From: a virus | Lineage: Duplodnaviria > Caudoviricetes | Length of the DNA: 41,131 bases | Direction: 5' to 3' (one strand) | Virus record (IMG/VR): IMGVR_UViG_3300036713_000295 | Location: 1-41,131 of that record | Translations under genes and position numbers: made by a program | The notes under the pieces: generated by a model | The model's input: the letters and a program-made list of their open reading frames with translations, nothing else | What the model was told of the DNA's origin: nothing | Databases searched by the model: none | Part shown: positions 19,623 through 28,134 of the stretch, one piece after another | How positions within the stretch are numbered: the first letter of the stretch is position 1 | Layout: the number at the start of each line of letters is the position of its first letter

Positions 19623-20543
19623 TTAAGCTGAAGCAGCGGATTCAATGGATACCATGTAGTCGTTGTTCAAGATTGCAGTTGCAAAACTTGTCTTCCAACC
19701 CACATCTGCATAGAGCTCTAGTGAAGAGTTCTTTGAAGGATTGTGTACGATGGTTCTGATGTTTTGAAGATCAGATACTCCAAAAGCTTCCTCACCGAAG
19801 ATGAGGGTTTGGTAAACTTCAGTTCCTGCGGAACCAGAGTTTGTCAAAACTGGAGCATTGCTGGAGCGAAGGAATTTCACACCATACATTTCACCAGTTT
19901 CACCCTGCCAGATTCGGCCTACACCTTTTTCAGTGTATTGTGAAGCATTTACCCATGAGTCATCACCCTGCAAGTCGTATTCGACATTTGGGTGAACAAC
20001 AGCTACGAACTTACCACCAGCTTTGCTGTGGGGCATAGCGTTGGCAGCTCTAAGAGTTCTAACAGCTTTTCTAACATCTGCAATTTGCAAAATGTCTGTT
20101 GCTGAAATAGAAGTTCTGTTGGCAACACCAGAAGCGTATAAAACGTTTGTGGTTGATGCAACAACGTCTCTTACAACGGTGTCAACAGTTAAACCTGCTT
20201 GGTAACCCAAGAGTTCAACGGCTGAGCTAATAACGTTGTCGAAAGCGGTTAAGCTCAAAACATCGGTAACCTGAGTTAGGTCTCCGTATTGAGCTAAAAC
20301 TGCTGACACGGTAACAGCGCTGATTCCTCTTGCTGTTGGATCTGTTCCCTCTGTTAGAGCAGAACTTTGTGCTGGCATGTTGGTATATCTGGTCCAGTAA
20401 ATTGTTTTACCTTCTCCATTTGGAATAGTTCCAACACGACCAATTTGTTTGTATACCAGTTCTTTCTCAGCCCTTTTAAGCAGTCTCTTGTCATAGTAGA
20501 TCTGCATGACTGGAGAAAGAGTGGTTGTGTTTGTTAAGGCCAT
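19623..20543 (-). CDS. Major capsid protein (N4-gp56 family-like, HK97 fold)
   Basis: GKTIYWTRY, LTEGTDP, QYGD, AVVHP.V.YDL, GETGEMYGVKF, GWK; follows portal and scaffold. Confidence 0.9.
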   Translation of the reverse strand: MALTNTTTLSPVMQIYYDKRLLKRAEKELVYKQIGRVGTIPNGEGKTIYWTRYTNMPAQSSALTEGTDPTARGISAVTVSAVLAQYGDLTQVTDVLSLTAFDNVISSAVELLGYQAGLTVDTVVRDVVASTTNVLYASGVANRTSISATDILQIADVRKAVRTLRAANAMPHSKAGGKFVAVVHPNVEYDLQGDDSWVNASQYTEKGVGRIWQGETGEMYGVKFLRSSNAPVLTNSGSAGTEVYQTLIFGEEAFGVSDLQNIRTIVHNPSKNSSLELYADVGWKTSFATAILNNDYMVSIESAASA

Positions 20544-20573
20544 TTTCTTTTTCCTTTAACTAATTTAATACTA

Positions 20574-21290
20574 TTACCTCGCAGAAGCTGGGATACTTAA
20601 GACCTCTTCAAGTTCCTCGATGGTCATCTTGGAGTAGTCTGTATCGTCTCCCCTCCTGGCATTAGAGGCTGACTCAGCAAAGGCACGTTTATTTTGCTGT
20701 TCTTTTTCAGTTCGCCTAGAAGAAGCATTAACCTTTTTACTAAGACGATCATAATTAATGATCTTCACCGCTTGAGACAACTCAATTTGTGGATTTCTTT
20801 CCATCAAGTTAATTGCCTGGTCAAGCTCATTGTTGCTGATCTCTGGGAATTGCTTTTTAATTTTTGCAATTCTTTGCGAGGCTTCATCAACCTTAGCTCT
20901 TTGTAATAGCGGTGATAGCTTTTTATTTAATTCTCGATCGAGCAATTGTTGTAAAACACCAACTGCCTCTCGTTGTTCCTTTGGAAGGTCATCGAATGGG
21001 TCCTTCTCTTCTGGCTTAGTTGACTCCTGAATCTTCTCCACCATACCGCGCAGTTCTTTTAACTCCTGCATGGTTGGATTCATTTTTGATTCCAAGTTTT
21101 TATAAGCATCAACAAGATCATCGACAGAATCAAAATTCTTGATCTCTGCTAATTCATCAAAAGCAGATTTTACCTGCTCTTGTTCTTCAGTTTGTTTTGC
21201 TGACTCGGTCTCAGCCCCGACTGCTTTCTCTATTTCAGCAATTTCATTTGCTGGTGTAGGAGCTTGGGCATCGATTGTTGAATCTGACAT
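20574..21290 (-). CDS. Capsid scaffolding protein
   Basis: Acidic helical protein, DDLVDAYKNLE, C-terminal YSKMTIEELE; directly upstream of the MCP. Confidence 0.75.
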   Translation of the reverse strand: MSDSTIDAQAPTPANEIAEIEKAVGAETESAKQTEEQEQVKSAFDELAEIKNFDSVDDLVDAYKNLESKMNPTMQELKELRGMVEKIQESTKPEEKDPFDDLPKEQREAVGVLQQLLDRELNKKLSPLLQRAKVDEASQRIAKIKKQFPEISNNELDQAINLMERNPQIELSQAVKIINYDRLSKKVNASSRRTEKEQQNKRAFAESASNARRGDDTDYSKMTIEELEEVLSIPASAR

Positions 21291-21309
21291 AACTTCCTTT
21301 CAGACGTGC

Positions 21310-21384
21310 GTAGTGAACTGATTGCAAAGGATCGCCAGACGGAACATATCTATAAAAAGCTATCCTCTGCAAACAATTCACTAC
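21310..21384 (-). promoter_or_regulatory. 23-bp RNA stem-loop in the scaffold gene leader
   Basis: 21362-21384 pairs with 21310-21332; 22 of 23 positions pair on the minus strand, including 2 G-U. Confidence 0.7.
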
Positions 21385-21642
21385 TTATTTTTTAATACGC
21401 TTTCTTTGAGTTTCTGCACGTTTCCTCCATTGGGAGACAATGTCCTCAAAGAAATCTAAACCATCTATAAGCCCGCGATTATATCGCAAGTCCTCAATGG
21501 TTTTTGAGCCAAGCGCCTCTGTGGTTGCTTGCTCTTTTTTTAAAACCAATCTCTCATGGATTAGTTTATAAACCTCACTAGCCACCAGTTCTTCGACCAG
21601 TCGGCCACGGTGGAGGTTTTTTTCTACTAACGATTGTTTCAT
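21385..21642 (-). CDS. Hypothetical protein between portal and scaffold
   Basis: Helical, LRYNRGLIDGL; position is common in P22-like head modules; start placed at MKQSL. Confidence 0.65.
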   Translation of the reverse strand: MKQSLVEKNLHRGRLVEELVASEVYKLIHERLVLKKEQATTEALGSKTIEDLRYNRGLIDGLDFFEDIVSQWRKRAETQRKRIKK

Positions 21643-21643
21643 T

Positions 21644-23425
21644 TTAAGCTGTATCTTTAACTCCCCTATTGAGCTCAATGCCCTCCTGCATTACGCCCTG
21701 AGAGTTTCTATCAGAAACACCAGATAACGCAGCGGCTCCACCTGGAACGTCACTAATTGGTGTTTGATTTCCTCTTTGCGGAGCGGTTGCTGTTTCATCT
21801 GTTAAATTTAAAAGCTTATCAACGTTTTTCTCGTTACGAGACTCAAAGACTCGTTTTTTAAGCTCAATCTGATTGACATCTGGGTCTCCAGCAAAAAGCT
21901 GGTACATTTCCATTGCCTGTTTTCTCTTGATAGCATCGTTTTCTTCAAGAGTTGAGCCAGATTGGACTCTAATATCAAAGTTATCATATAAATCCTGTGG
22001 TTTAACATTCACCCACTCTATACCAGTGTCCCCAACGATTCTAATTACCTTTTCTTCCGTAATAAATTGTTTATTCAACGAAGACATGAGTTCTCCCATT
22101 CTTCTCACAGCGGCCTCAATATTCATCATTTTTAACCTGAGTCTTGAGCTTCCAGCCTCCTGCATTAGGGCAATTCCGGTAGCAGTCTCATTTGCCATTG
22201 CATCTGATGCAACACCCTTTGTGTAGTCAGTAATTCCAGTTGTTTGTTGAATATCTGCCTTAATAAGAGTTTCCTCTCTGTATGACGAGTTTGGAACCTC
22301 TGGCATAAGAATTGGTTGCACCCCGTTAATATCATCTGTGTGAACAACCCCTCCAACATCGGAAACAAGCTCATCTTCGTCTACATTGGCAGCATTTTCC
22401 ACAATCCACATCCTGTTAAGAATCATGGATGCATTATCCATCCTCTGATTCCTCATGTCATTTAGCTCATATTGCAAAGTTTCAATCGGCTCAATTTCTC
22501 CAATTCCAAGGAATTCCTTTGGAACAGACTGGTCGACCAGGCGGATAAATGGCTTCTTGCCATGTTGGTTTGGGTTTGATTTCTCTTCTCTAATCACAAA
22601 TTTTCTATTCGCCAGGGTGACAAGCCTATTATCTTCCCAATATTCAATAAGTTCTATGTTGGACTCATTTGTGCCCCCACTTCCATAAGCCTTGGGGTCT
22701 GATGAATTAACAGCTGACTGTCTCTCTGATTTATCATTTTCGCCCATGTACATCTTGTCAGCAAAATCTTTTAAGAGATTAACGTTTTTGTAGATACCTT
22801 GTTTTTGTAAGTCCACTAAGTAATCATATGATCGATATGTTCTGTGAGCCACCCACGCACAGCTGTCTATGTCATATCCATTTGGGTCCCAAAAGAAATC
22901 ATATAGATCAACCAACTCAGCTGATGGGCAGTCTTTAACAACCTCTTCAGCCTCAACTTTTTTAAATCCCATCTCCTCAAAATCTTCATCAACCGCAACC
23001 TGCTTCTCAATCATTCTAGTTTTCTTCTCCCACGACAGCTTCATAATGGATGTTCCATAGATTAGGGCTTGCCTAATAAAATCAGGCATAATCTGTTCCA
23101 TTTCCATGGTATCCCACTCAAAATCAATTATCTTTGCCTGAAGCATTGCATATAGCGAATCTTCCTTCTCTCTTGGAAGAACATCAATTTGTGGTTTTGA
23201 AGAAACAAGTCTTGGAACTATGGTTTCAATTGTGGAAAAAGCGTATGGCACAAAGATGTTTGCCTGCCATGGATAATTCTTTTTTTCCAGGTAGGTCCTA
23301 TATAATTTATAGTACCTGTCCCATTTTTGTTTAAATGGCTCCCTCCATGTGGAAGAAGTAGATATTTTTTTGCTAATTTCCTTAGCTATTTTTTCATTAC
23401 GAACGGAATTTAAGTTTTTAGCCAT
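21644..23425 (-). CDS. Portal protein (P22-like)
   Basis: ANIFVPY, ALIYGT.I.K, DFFWDP, IEYW, QYELN..RNQ.MDN, ETATG; follows terL. Confidence 0.9.
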   Translation of the reverse strand: MAKNLNSVRNEKIAKEISKKISTSSTWREPFKQKWDRYYKLYRTYLEKKNYPWQANIFVPYAFSTIETIVPRLVSSKPQIDVLPREKEDSLYAMLQAKIIDFEWDTMEMEQIMPDFIRQALIYGTSIMKLSWEKKTRMIEKQVAVDEDFEEMGFKKVEAEEVVKDCPSAELVDLYDFFWDPNGYDIDSCAWVAHRTYRSYDYLVDLQKQGIYKNVNLLKDFADKMYMGENDKSERQSAVNSSDPKAYGSGGTNESNIELIEYWEDNRLVTLANRKFVIREEKSNPNQHGKKPFIRLVDQSVPKEFLGIGEIEPIETLQYELNDMRNQRMDNASMILNRMWIVENAANVDEDELVSDVGGVVHTDDINGVQPILMPEVPNSSYREETLIKADIQQTTGITDYTKGVASDAMANETATGIALMQEAGSSRLRLKMMNIEAAVRRMGELMSSLNKQFITEEKVIRIVGDTGIEWVNVKPQDLYDNFDIRVQSGSTLEENDAIKRKQAMEMYQLFAGDPDVNQIELKKRVFESRNEKNVDKLLNLTDETATAPQRGNQTPISDVPGGAAALSGVSDRNSQGVMQEGIELNRGVKDTA

Positions 23426-23454
23426 AGCTTTGCCATAATTCCGTCTTATAAGAA

Positions 23455-23483
23455 TAAATACCACATAAAATAAATAAAATCAA
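23455..23483 (-). promoter_or_regulatory. Putative promoter for the portal/head genes
   Basis: TTGATT-17 nt-TATTTA with extended TG. Confidence 0.35.
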
Positions 23484-23484
23484 G

Positions 23485-24774
23485 CTAGAACCCCCACCTA
23501 CTTGATGTTGAGTATGTTAGTTTTTTCTTCCTTGGCTGTCTCCTCATGGGCTTCGAACCCCGATGGCTCATTGAAAAATAGCGTATCATATCCATTGCGT
23601 CATCATCCTTTTTATAGGGGACCTCCATTACCTTTCCATCGGTTTTTCTTTCCATCCATCTGTACTTCTCCATCTCATCTGCCACCCAGTTTAGATCCCT
23701 ATTAAACATTAGTGTTGGTTTTCCAGTGTCTTTTCTAATCTTCAAAAGCTCCGCCACCTTGCTTATTCCATGCTTAACACTATCTCTCCCCTTTTCAACT
23801 GGGGAAAAATTGACCCCATATTTTTTCAGCTCCTCAATGCTCATTGGCTGGGCACTATCTGCCACTGGATTGTTTATATATCTACCGGCATCTTTTACCA
23901 AGCAAACATTGGCAATATCATATTCTGTAAGCCCCTCTTGATAGAGACCATCATACATATAAATCTCTTTCATGTCTGGAGAAATGGCAAAATAGCCCAG
24001 GGCGGTTTTGTGGCTAAATCCAAAGTCTAAAGCCCTGCTAAACGTCCAGTTGGTGCTAAACTTGTCAAAGGGAACATCTACCATGTGGGTTTCACGTGAA
24101 AAGTCCTTATAGATGAGACCCACCAGCTTTCTAAACTCCCCCATGATTTCCTGGGCAAATGAATCCTCATCCATCTCGGCCTTCATCATCTCAATCTCTT
24201 CCTTATCAATGTAGGGATTGTCATAGGTTGTAAAGTGAAAGTAGTTCACATCATCATCCCTAAACAGCTTATATGCCCCATTAGGAACAAAGTTGTCTGC
24301 CAAATGCTTAAAATGATTGAAGCCATTGGGGGTTGAAATAAACCATGCATCAGCCTTGGAGTCAGCAAGTGTTGGTCTAAGGATTTTCCAAACCTCATCC
24401 CACCTGGCAAAGAAGGCAACCTCATCAAAAATCGCCAGGTCAATCTTCACACCACGCAAAGAGTCTGGGTTATCTGCGCCCTTCAAACTAATCTTGCTTT
24501 GGGTTTTGAGAATAACGGTTAGGTCGGTTTCATTCCACTTAAGCACCAATGATTTGGGGATAAACTGCTTAAGCATCTCCCACACAATCTGCTTGGCCTG
24601 TTTGTAGGTGGGGGCTATGTACCAAATCTGTTTCCCGGATTGTCTGGTGGCAAAATCCACCATCTTCAGGGTTACCAACATGGTCTTCCCCGCCCTACGT
24701 CCGGCATTAATTACCTTGTATCTGTGGGGGTCATCCCAAACAGTTGTTTGCCAGTTGCTTAGTGAAACCTTCAT
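23485..24774 (-). CDS. terL: Terminase large subunit
   Basis: Walker A AGRRAGKT, YIAPTYKQA, Walker B IFDE, ISTP.G.N, nuclease motifs LDFG, DSA and DDAMDMIRY. Confidence 0.95.
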   Translation of the reverse strand: MKVSLSNWQTTVWDDPHRYKVINAGRRAGKTMLVTLKMVDFATRQSGKQIWYIAPTYKQAKQIVWEMLKQFIPKSLVLKWNETDLTVILKTQSKISLKGADNPDSLRGVKIDLAIFDEVAFFARWDEVWKILRPTLADSKADAWFISTPNGFNHFKHLADNFVPNGAYKLFRDDDVNYFHFTTYDNPYIDKEEIEMMKAEMDEDSFAQEIMGEFRKLVGLIYKDFSRETHMVDVPFDKFSTNWTFSRALDFGFSHKTALGYFAISPDMKEIYMYDGLYQEGLTEYDIANVCLVKDAGRYINNPVADSAQPMSIEELKKYGVNFSPVEKGRDSVKHGISKVAELLKIRKDTGKPTLMFNRDLNWVADEMEKYRWMERKTDGKVMEVPYKKDDDAMDMIRYFSMSHRGSKPMRRQPRKKKLTYSTSSRWGF

Positions 24775-24844
24775 TTTTTACCAAAATAGCACAAAAATCC
24801 CAAAAACGCTATTGACACGGGCTTTTGTTATGGTTTAGAACTAG

Positions 24845-25265
24845 GTAATACACGTAGGGGGGCGCGAGGAAACCACCCCGCCCATACCGCGACATAGATC
24901 TTTAAAATGGATATTGGGGAGGCCGTAAGAAGCTTGCCATGATGACGAATTACCGAGGAGTCCAACAGGAGGACATTTGGTGGAAAGAGCAATCGACTAG
25001 GGGATCGCTCCTCCTTTCCTAGCACCATCCGCCAAATCGCACAAAGGCAGATATCCATTATAACCAAACAGATCATATTATTTTTTCCATCAGGCATGGA
25101 GGGGAACTTTGCGGGCATTTGTTAAAATCCCCCCCTCCCCCAAACATCGCCAAAAAAATCCCCACACCTCGCCCTGCGCCTGATACTCGGGCGAGCACGT
25201 GGGGGTTTGGCGGTTGGGGGTGTTGGGAGCTGGGGTTTTTTGTGTTGGGGGGGGCTTGGGTGTGT
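24845..25265. ncRNA. Candidate structured non-coding element between terS and terL
   Basis: GC-rich with several nested complementary stems and no convincing ORF (see findings). Confidence 0.4.
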
Positions 25266-25379
25266 CCTATAATAGTTCGAAAATGAGTCTGGTGTGGGGG
25301 GAATGGTATCTATATATTAATTATATCTACACACTTGGGGGGTATACCCCACTACCCACACATAATGCGTATATATCAA

Positions 25380-25790
25380 CTATTTCTTCTTGGAAGATTT
25401 AACAATAACCAAAGACTGCAAACTGTCAGACTCCATCTGCACATGTTGTGCTTCTAGATTGGGCATAACCTTGTCTAGCAGGATTTTAGAAGCTTGGATT
25501 TTATCTCTGTTACTTGAGTTAGGAGATTTACTTAAATAAAGCAAGTTCTTGATTAAGTATGGTGTAAACTTGGTTATAGCAGTATATAACCCCTGTCTTG
25601 AGAAAGACTTACTAGTATCAACCCCATCAAGCCTATTATAAGCGTCGGGGAGTTTTGGGGCGTTTTGGGCGTCCTCACCTCTGGGGGAGACGTGCTTATA
25701 AGCCTTTATTTCATCGTCGATTTTATCTTTTGGAGTGTCTGCAAATACTGTTTTTAGTTTTGGCATGTTATAGGCTACTGTAAGTCTCAT
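25380..25790 (-). CDS. terS: Terminase small subunit (putative)
   Basis: DKIQASKILLDKVMP motif; located upstream of terL. Confidence 0.6.
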   Translation of the reverse strand: MRLTVAYNMPKLKTVFADTPKDKIDDEIKAYKHVSPRGEDAQNAPKLPDAYNRLDGVDTSKSFSRQGLYTAITKFTPYLIKNLLYLSKSPNSSNRDKIQASKILLDKVMPNLEAQHVQMESDSLQSLVIVKSSKKK

Positions 25791-25813
25791 AATAATAACA
25801 CGCTTTCAAGCAC

Positions 25814-25847
25814 AAAAAAAGAGGCTGATTGTGTCAACCTCTCTTTT
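25814..25847 (-). terminator. Intrinsic terminator ending the early operon
   Basis: GAGGTTGA-cacaa-TCAGCCTC followed by T7. Confidence 0.75.
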
Positions 25848-26062
25848 GAGCCTGGCGAATTGTTGAGCCTGGCGATTTTTTGAGCCTGTGGTGAGCTTTT
25901 AGCGAACCTAGTAGTTGCTTCTATCGTTTTGATTCCAAAGTGTGAAGAACAACACTAGCACAATTATTGCGATTATCATTTTGTTAGCCACCTTTCAAAT
26001 ACTTTGTATGGTTCTTGTTCATGTTGGAGTTTGAAGCGTTGGGCGAATTGTTGAGCCTGGCG
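25846..26062. repeat. TTGAGCCTGGCG direct repeats
   Basis: Copies at 25846, 25863 and 25880 (partial), 17-bp period; 25854-25874 is repeated exactly at 26042-26062. Confidence 0.85.
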
Positions 26063-26127
26063 GATTCTGCACTCCTCTTGCTTCTTCTGCTTCTCATCCT
26101 CTAACCACTTTGTGTAGTCGGCTTTTT

Positions 26128-26328
26128 TCATTTTTCCAATCTTTCTTTTCTATCTTTTACTTGTTGCCAGTCCACCATGTAGCCTCGTGGGGTTTTAATG
26201 GTTTGGATTAGTCCGATTCTGGCATACTGATATACTGTTGAGTATGCTATGCCTAAATACTTTGCAACCTCTGTTAGGCTTGTTGCGTATTCTTTACCCT
26301 CATAGGTAACTATTGTTGGCTTTGTCAT
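26128..26328 (-). CDS. Excisionase/MerR-like HTH DNA-binding protein
   Basis: SLTEVAKYLGIAYSTVYQYARIG. Confidence 0.8.
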   Translation of the reverse strand: MTKPTIVTYEGKEYATSLTEVAKYLGIAYSTVYQYARIGLIQTIKTPRGYMVDWQQVKDRKERLEK

Positions 26329-26333
26329 TTTGT

Positions 26334-26471
26334 TTATTCCTTCTCTATAATTTGTATTGAGTATTCTCCTTGTTTAATCATCTCTTGTGCTTGTTCTATT
26401 GCTTCCTTGTCTGTTTCTGCCACTGGATCATAATCTAGGGCTATGCTAAGTGTGTATGTTTTCTCTGTCAT
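26334..26471 (-). CDS. Small acidic protein, 45 aa (not in ORF track)
   Basis: MTEKTYTLSIALDYDPVAETDKEAIEQAQEMIKQGEY...; SD GAAAGGA. Confidence 0.65.
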   Translation of the reverse strand: MTEKTYTLSIALDYDPVAETDKEAIEQAQEMIKQGEYSIQIIEKE

Positions 26472-26481
26472 TTTGTCCTTT

Positions 26482-26700
26482 CTAAAATGGTAGGCAAGAT
26501 GCAAGTTCTATAACCTGTGTTACTCTGCCTTGTTGCTGTAATAACTCAATACGAGTCAAGCGATATTTTCTTTTATAGTGATTGATGGTGTCAATCATTG
26601 TCTCTATGGTTTCACCGCTTTCAATATATTGGTTACCTTTATTTGAATAAAAAAATAGTTGGAATGAGTTGTTTTTAAGTTTTAAGTTGTCTATTTTCAT
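26482..26700 (-). CDS. Hypothetical protein
   Basis: 72 aa, ATGA-coupled to the upstream gene. Confidence 0.6.
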   Translation of the reverse strand: MKIDNLKLKNNSFQLFFYSNKGNQYIESGETIETMIDTINHYKRKYRLTRIELLQQQGRVTQVIELASCLPF

Positions 26701-26873
26701 TCTTCCCTTTCTGACCCAGATAGGCCATAAATTACTAGCTCATTATTTTCACCGTCAAGAATAGCAATCTCTCCATTTGTTCTAATTGTGTTTAATTCTT
26801 CATCACTTGCAAACATGATTTTTGCATCTTGTCGATATACTTTAAGATAGCTTATAAGTTCTTTTACTGTCAT
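26697..26873 (-). CDS. Small hypothetical protein, 58 aa (not in ORF track)
   Basis: MTVKELISYLKVYRQDAKIMFASDEELN...; SD GAGGAG; ATGA overlaps. Confidence 0.7.
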   Translation of the reverse strand: MTVKELISYLKVYRQDAKIMFASDEELNTIRTNGEIAILDGENNELVIYGLSGSEREE

Positions 26874-27295
26874 TTTGTCTCCTCTAGTAGGCTAATAACA
26901 AAGCCATATATCTCCTGTATTGCTATATATTGAGCAATGCTAAGAATATTGTCTTTGGCTTCGAGGTCTTGCACTGCCTGATCTATGTACCCAGTAAAAT
27001 AATTACTTGAGTTTAGCCATGATGTGAGATCATGTGTATAAACATATACCAAACTATCAACTATCTCATGCTGAATAGAATCATCCTCTGTTGTGAAGTC
27101 ATCATACTCAATCATCCTCTCCAGAATGCTGTTATATGTTGAGAAAATCCAGTCATGGGGAAGCATACCTTGATGAGTTTCATAGACTGATTTTTTTAGT
27201 TCTTCTGAGGCTGTGGGTCTGAGTACAACTATTGTATCTTCCCCTCTTTGCTTGGTCTCGAATTGATCGAGATATTTTTTTATTAGTTTTTGCAT
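26870..27295 (-). CDS. Ocr (T7 gp0.3)-like acidic anti-restriction protein (putative)
   Basis: DDSIQHEIVDSLVYVYTHDLTSWL resembles the Ocr H-x-x-AD-x-x-VP-x-Y-x-x-D segment; first gene after the promoter; SD AAGGAG. Confidence 0.5.
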   Translation of the reverse strand: MQKLIKKYLDQFETKQRGEDTIVVLRPTASEELKKSVYETHQGMLPHDWIFSTYNSILERMIEYDDFTTEDDSIQHEIVDSLVYVYTHDLTSWLNSSNYFTGYIDQAVQDLEAKDNILSIAQYIAIQEIYGFVISLLEETK

Positions 27296-27327
27296 ATTAA
27301 CTCCTTTATATGCTTATTACTATCTGT

Positions 27328-27356
27328 ATATTCTCATGTATTTACATGTTTGTCAA
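27328..27356 (-). promoter_or_regulatory. Early promoter with overlapping palindromic operator
   Basis: Perfect TTGACA, weak -10; operator TTTACA-TGTT-TGTCAA at 27341-27356. Confidence 0.55.
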
Positions 27357-27536
27357 TACCTAATTATCTATGCAAAAACAACTACGGATTTAATCAAAAC
27401 CCACATATATATAGTATAGAACACAAATATACATCAACAATAACAAATAGACGAATAGAAGCGTCTATTTTTTTTATTCAAATTCACCCTATTAAGCAAA
27501 TTGCAAGCAAGGTTCGCGCGCGTATCTAATCATCAC

Positions 27537-27585
27537 AAAAAAGTAGGGAGAAGATTTTCTTTTGGAAAAAACTTCTTCCCTACTT
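27537..27585 (-). terminator. Long hairpin/terminator downstream of the SSB gene
   Basis: AAGTAGGGAGAAG...CTTCTTCCCTACTT with flanking A/T runs. Confidence 0.7.
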
Positions 27586-27627
27586 AATTCTTTTTTATAT
27601 ATCTATCAAAGATAAAAAAATAAAAAA

Positions 27628-28134
27628 CTATTTATTGATGTTGAAGAATGGGTCTCCATTGATCAATAAAAGCTCTGGTTCAACCTCATATTTATCATCA
27701 GCCGACTTAACTTCCTTTGAGACAGCCTTTGGAGGGCTTGCTACGACCTCATATCGGGTTTGTTTGCCCTCACCAGTTCTGGTGATGCTCACATCATAGC
27801 CTCTTGGGTCTCCGTAGTCCTCATTCTCTGTGTACATCTTAAGAGCCTTCAAGATTGTCTTTTGGGTTACTTGCCACACCTGAATGGTTTTGGCATTATA
27901 GTTATAGACTTTAACAGCCATAAACTGCTTAACTCCATCTGGGCCAACCTCGCTCTGGTCATACTCTTGGTCGAGAGAGAATCTCTTTGGCTTTCTTGCG
28001 CCAGCTTCGTCCTCCAACCATGTTTCATATCCAAAGCAGGGCTCACCAAGGATGCGAAGCTTTGTTGCTCCTTGTCCTAGTTTGGTGTACCTTGATGGGG
28101 TCTCGGTTTGTACTTCTTCTGGAAAAAATGACAT
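27628..28134 (-). CDS. Putative single-stranded DNA-binding protein
   Basis: KL..G.TKLRILG, GDPRGYDVSITRTGEGKQTRYEV (gp32-like OB fold), C-terminal DPF; in the replication operon. Confidence 0.65.
   Translation of the reverse strand: MSFFPEEVQTETPSRYTKLGQGATKLRILGEPCFGYETWLEDEAGARKPKRFSLDQEYDQSEVGPDGVKQFMAVKVYNYNAKTIQVWQVTQKTILKALKMYTENEDYGDPRGYDVSITRTGEGKQTRYEVVASPPKAVSKEVKSADDKYEVEPELLLINGDPFFNINK

Noticed and set aside
24860-25060. RNase P, group I intron, hammerhead or C/D-box identity for the structured element
   Set aside because: Only fragments resemble the consensus (GAGGAAAC, GAGGAGTCC, ATGATGA, GACTA); the required partner motifs were not found by eye.
24828-25402. ORFs 24828-25118 (-) and 25199-25402 (+) as real genes
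   Set aside because: Atypical composition, no RBS and no motifs; better explained by structured or low-complexity DNA, though not formally excluded.
25846-26062. Mini CRISPR array
   Set aside because: The repeats are 12-21 bp with ~4-nt gaps and no spacer-length unique sequence; the nuclease at 30921 is a solo PD-(D/E)XK enzyme.
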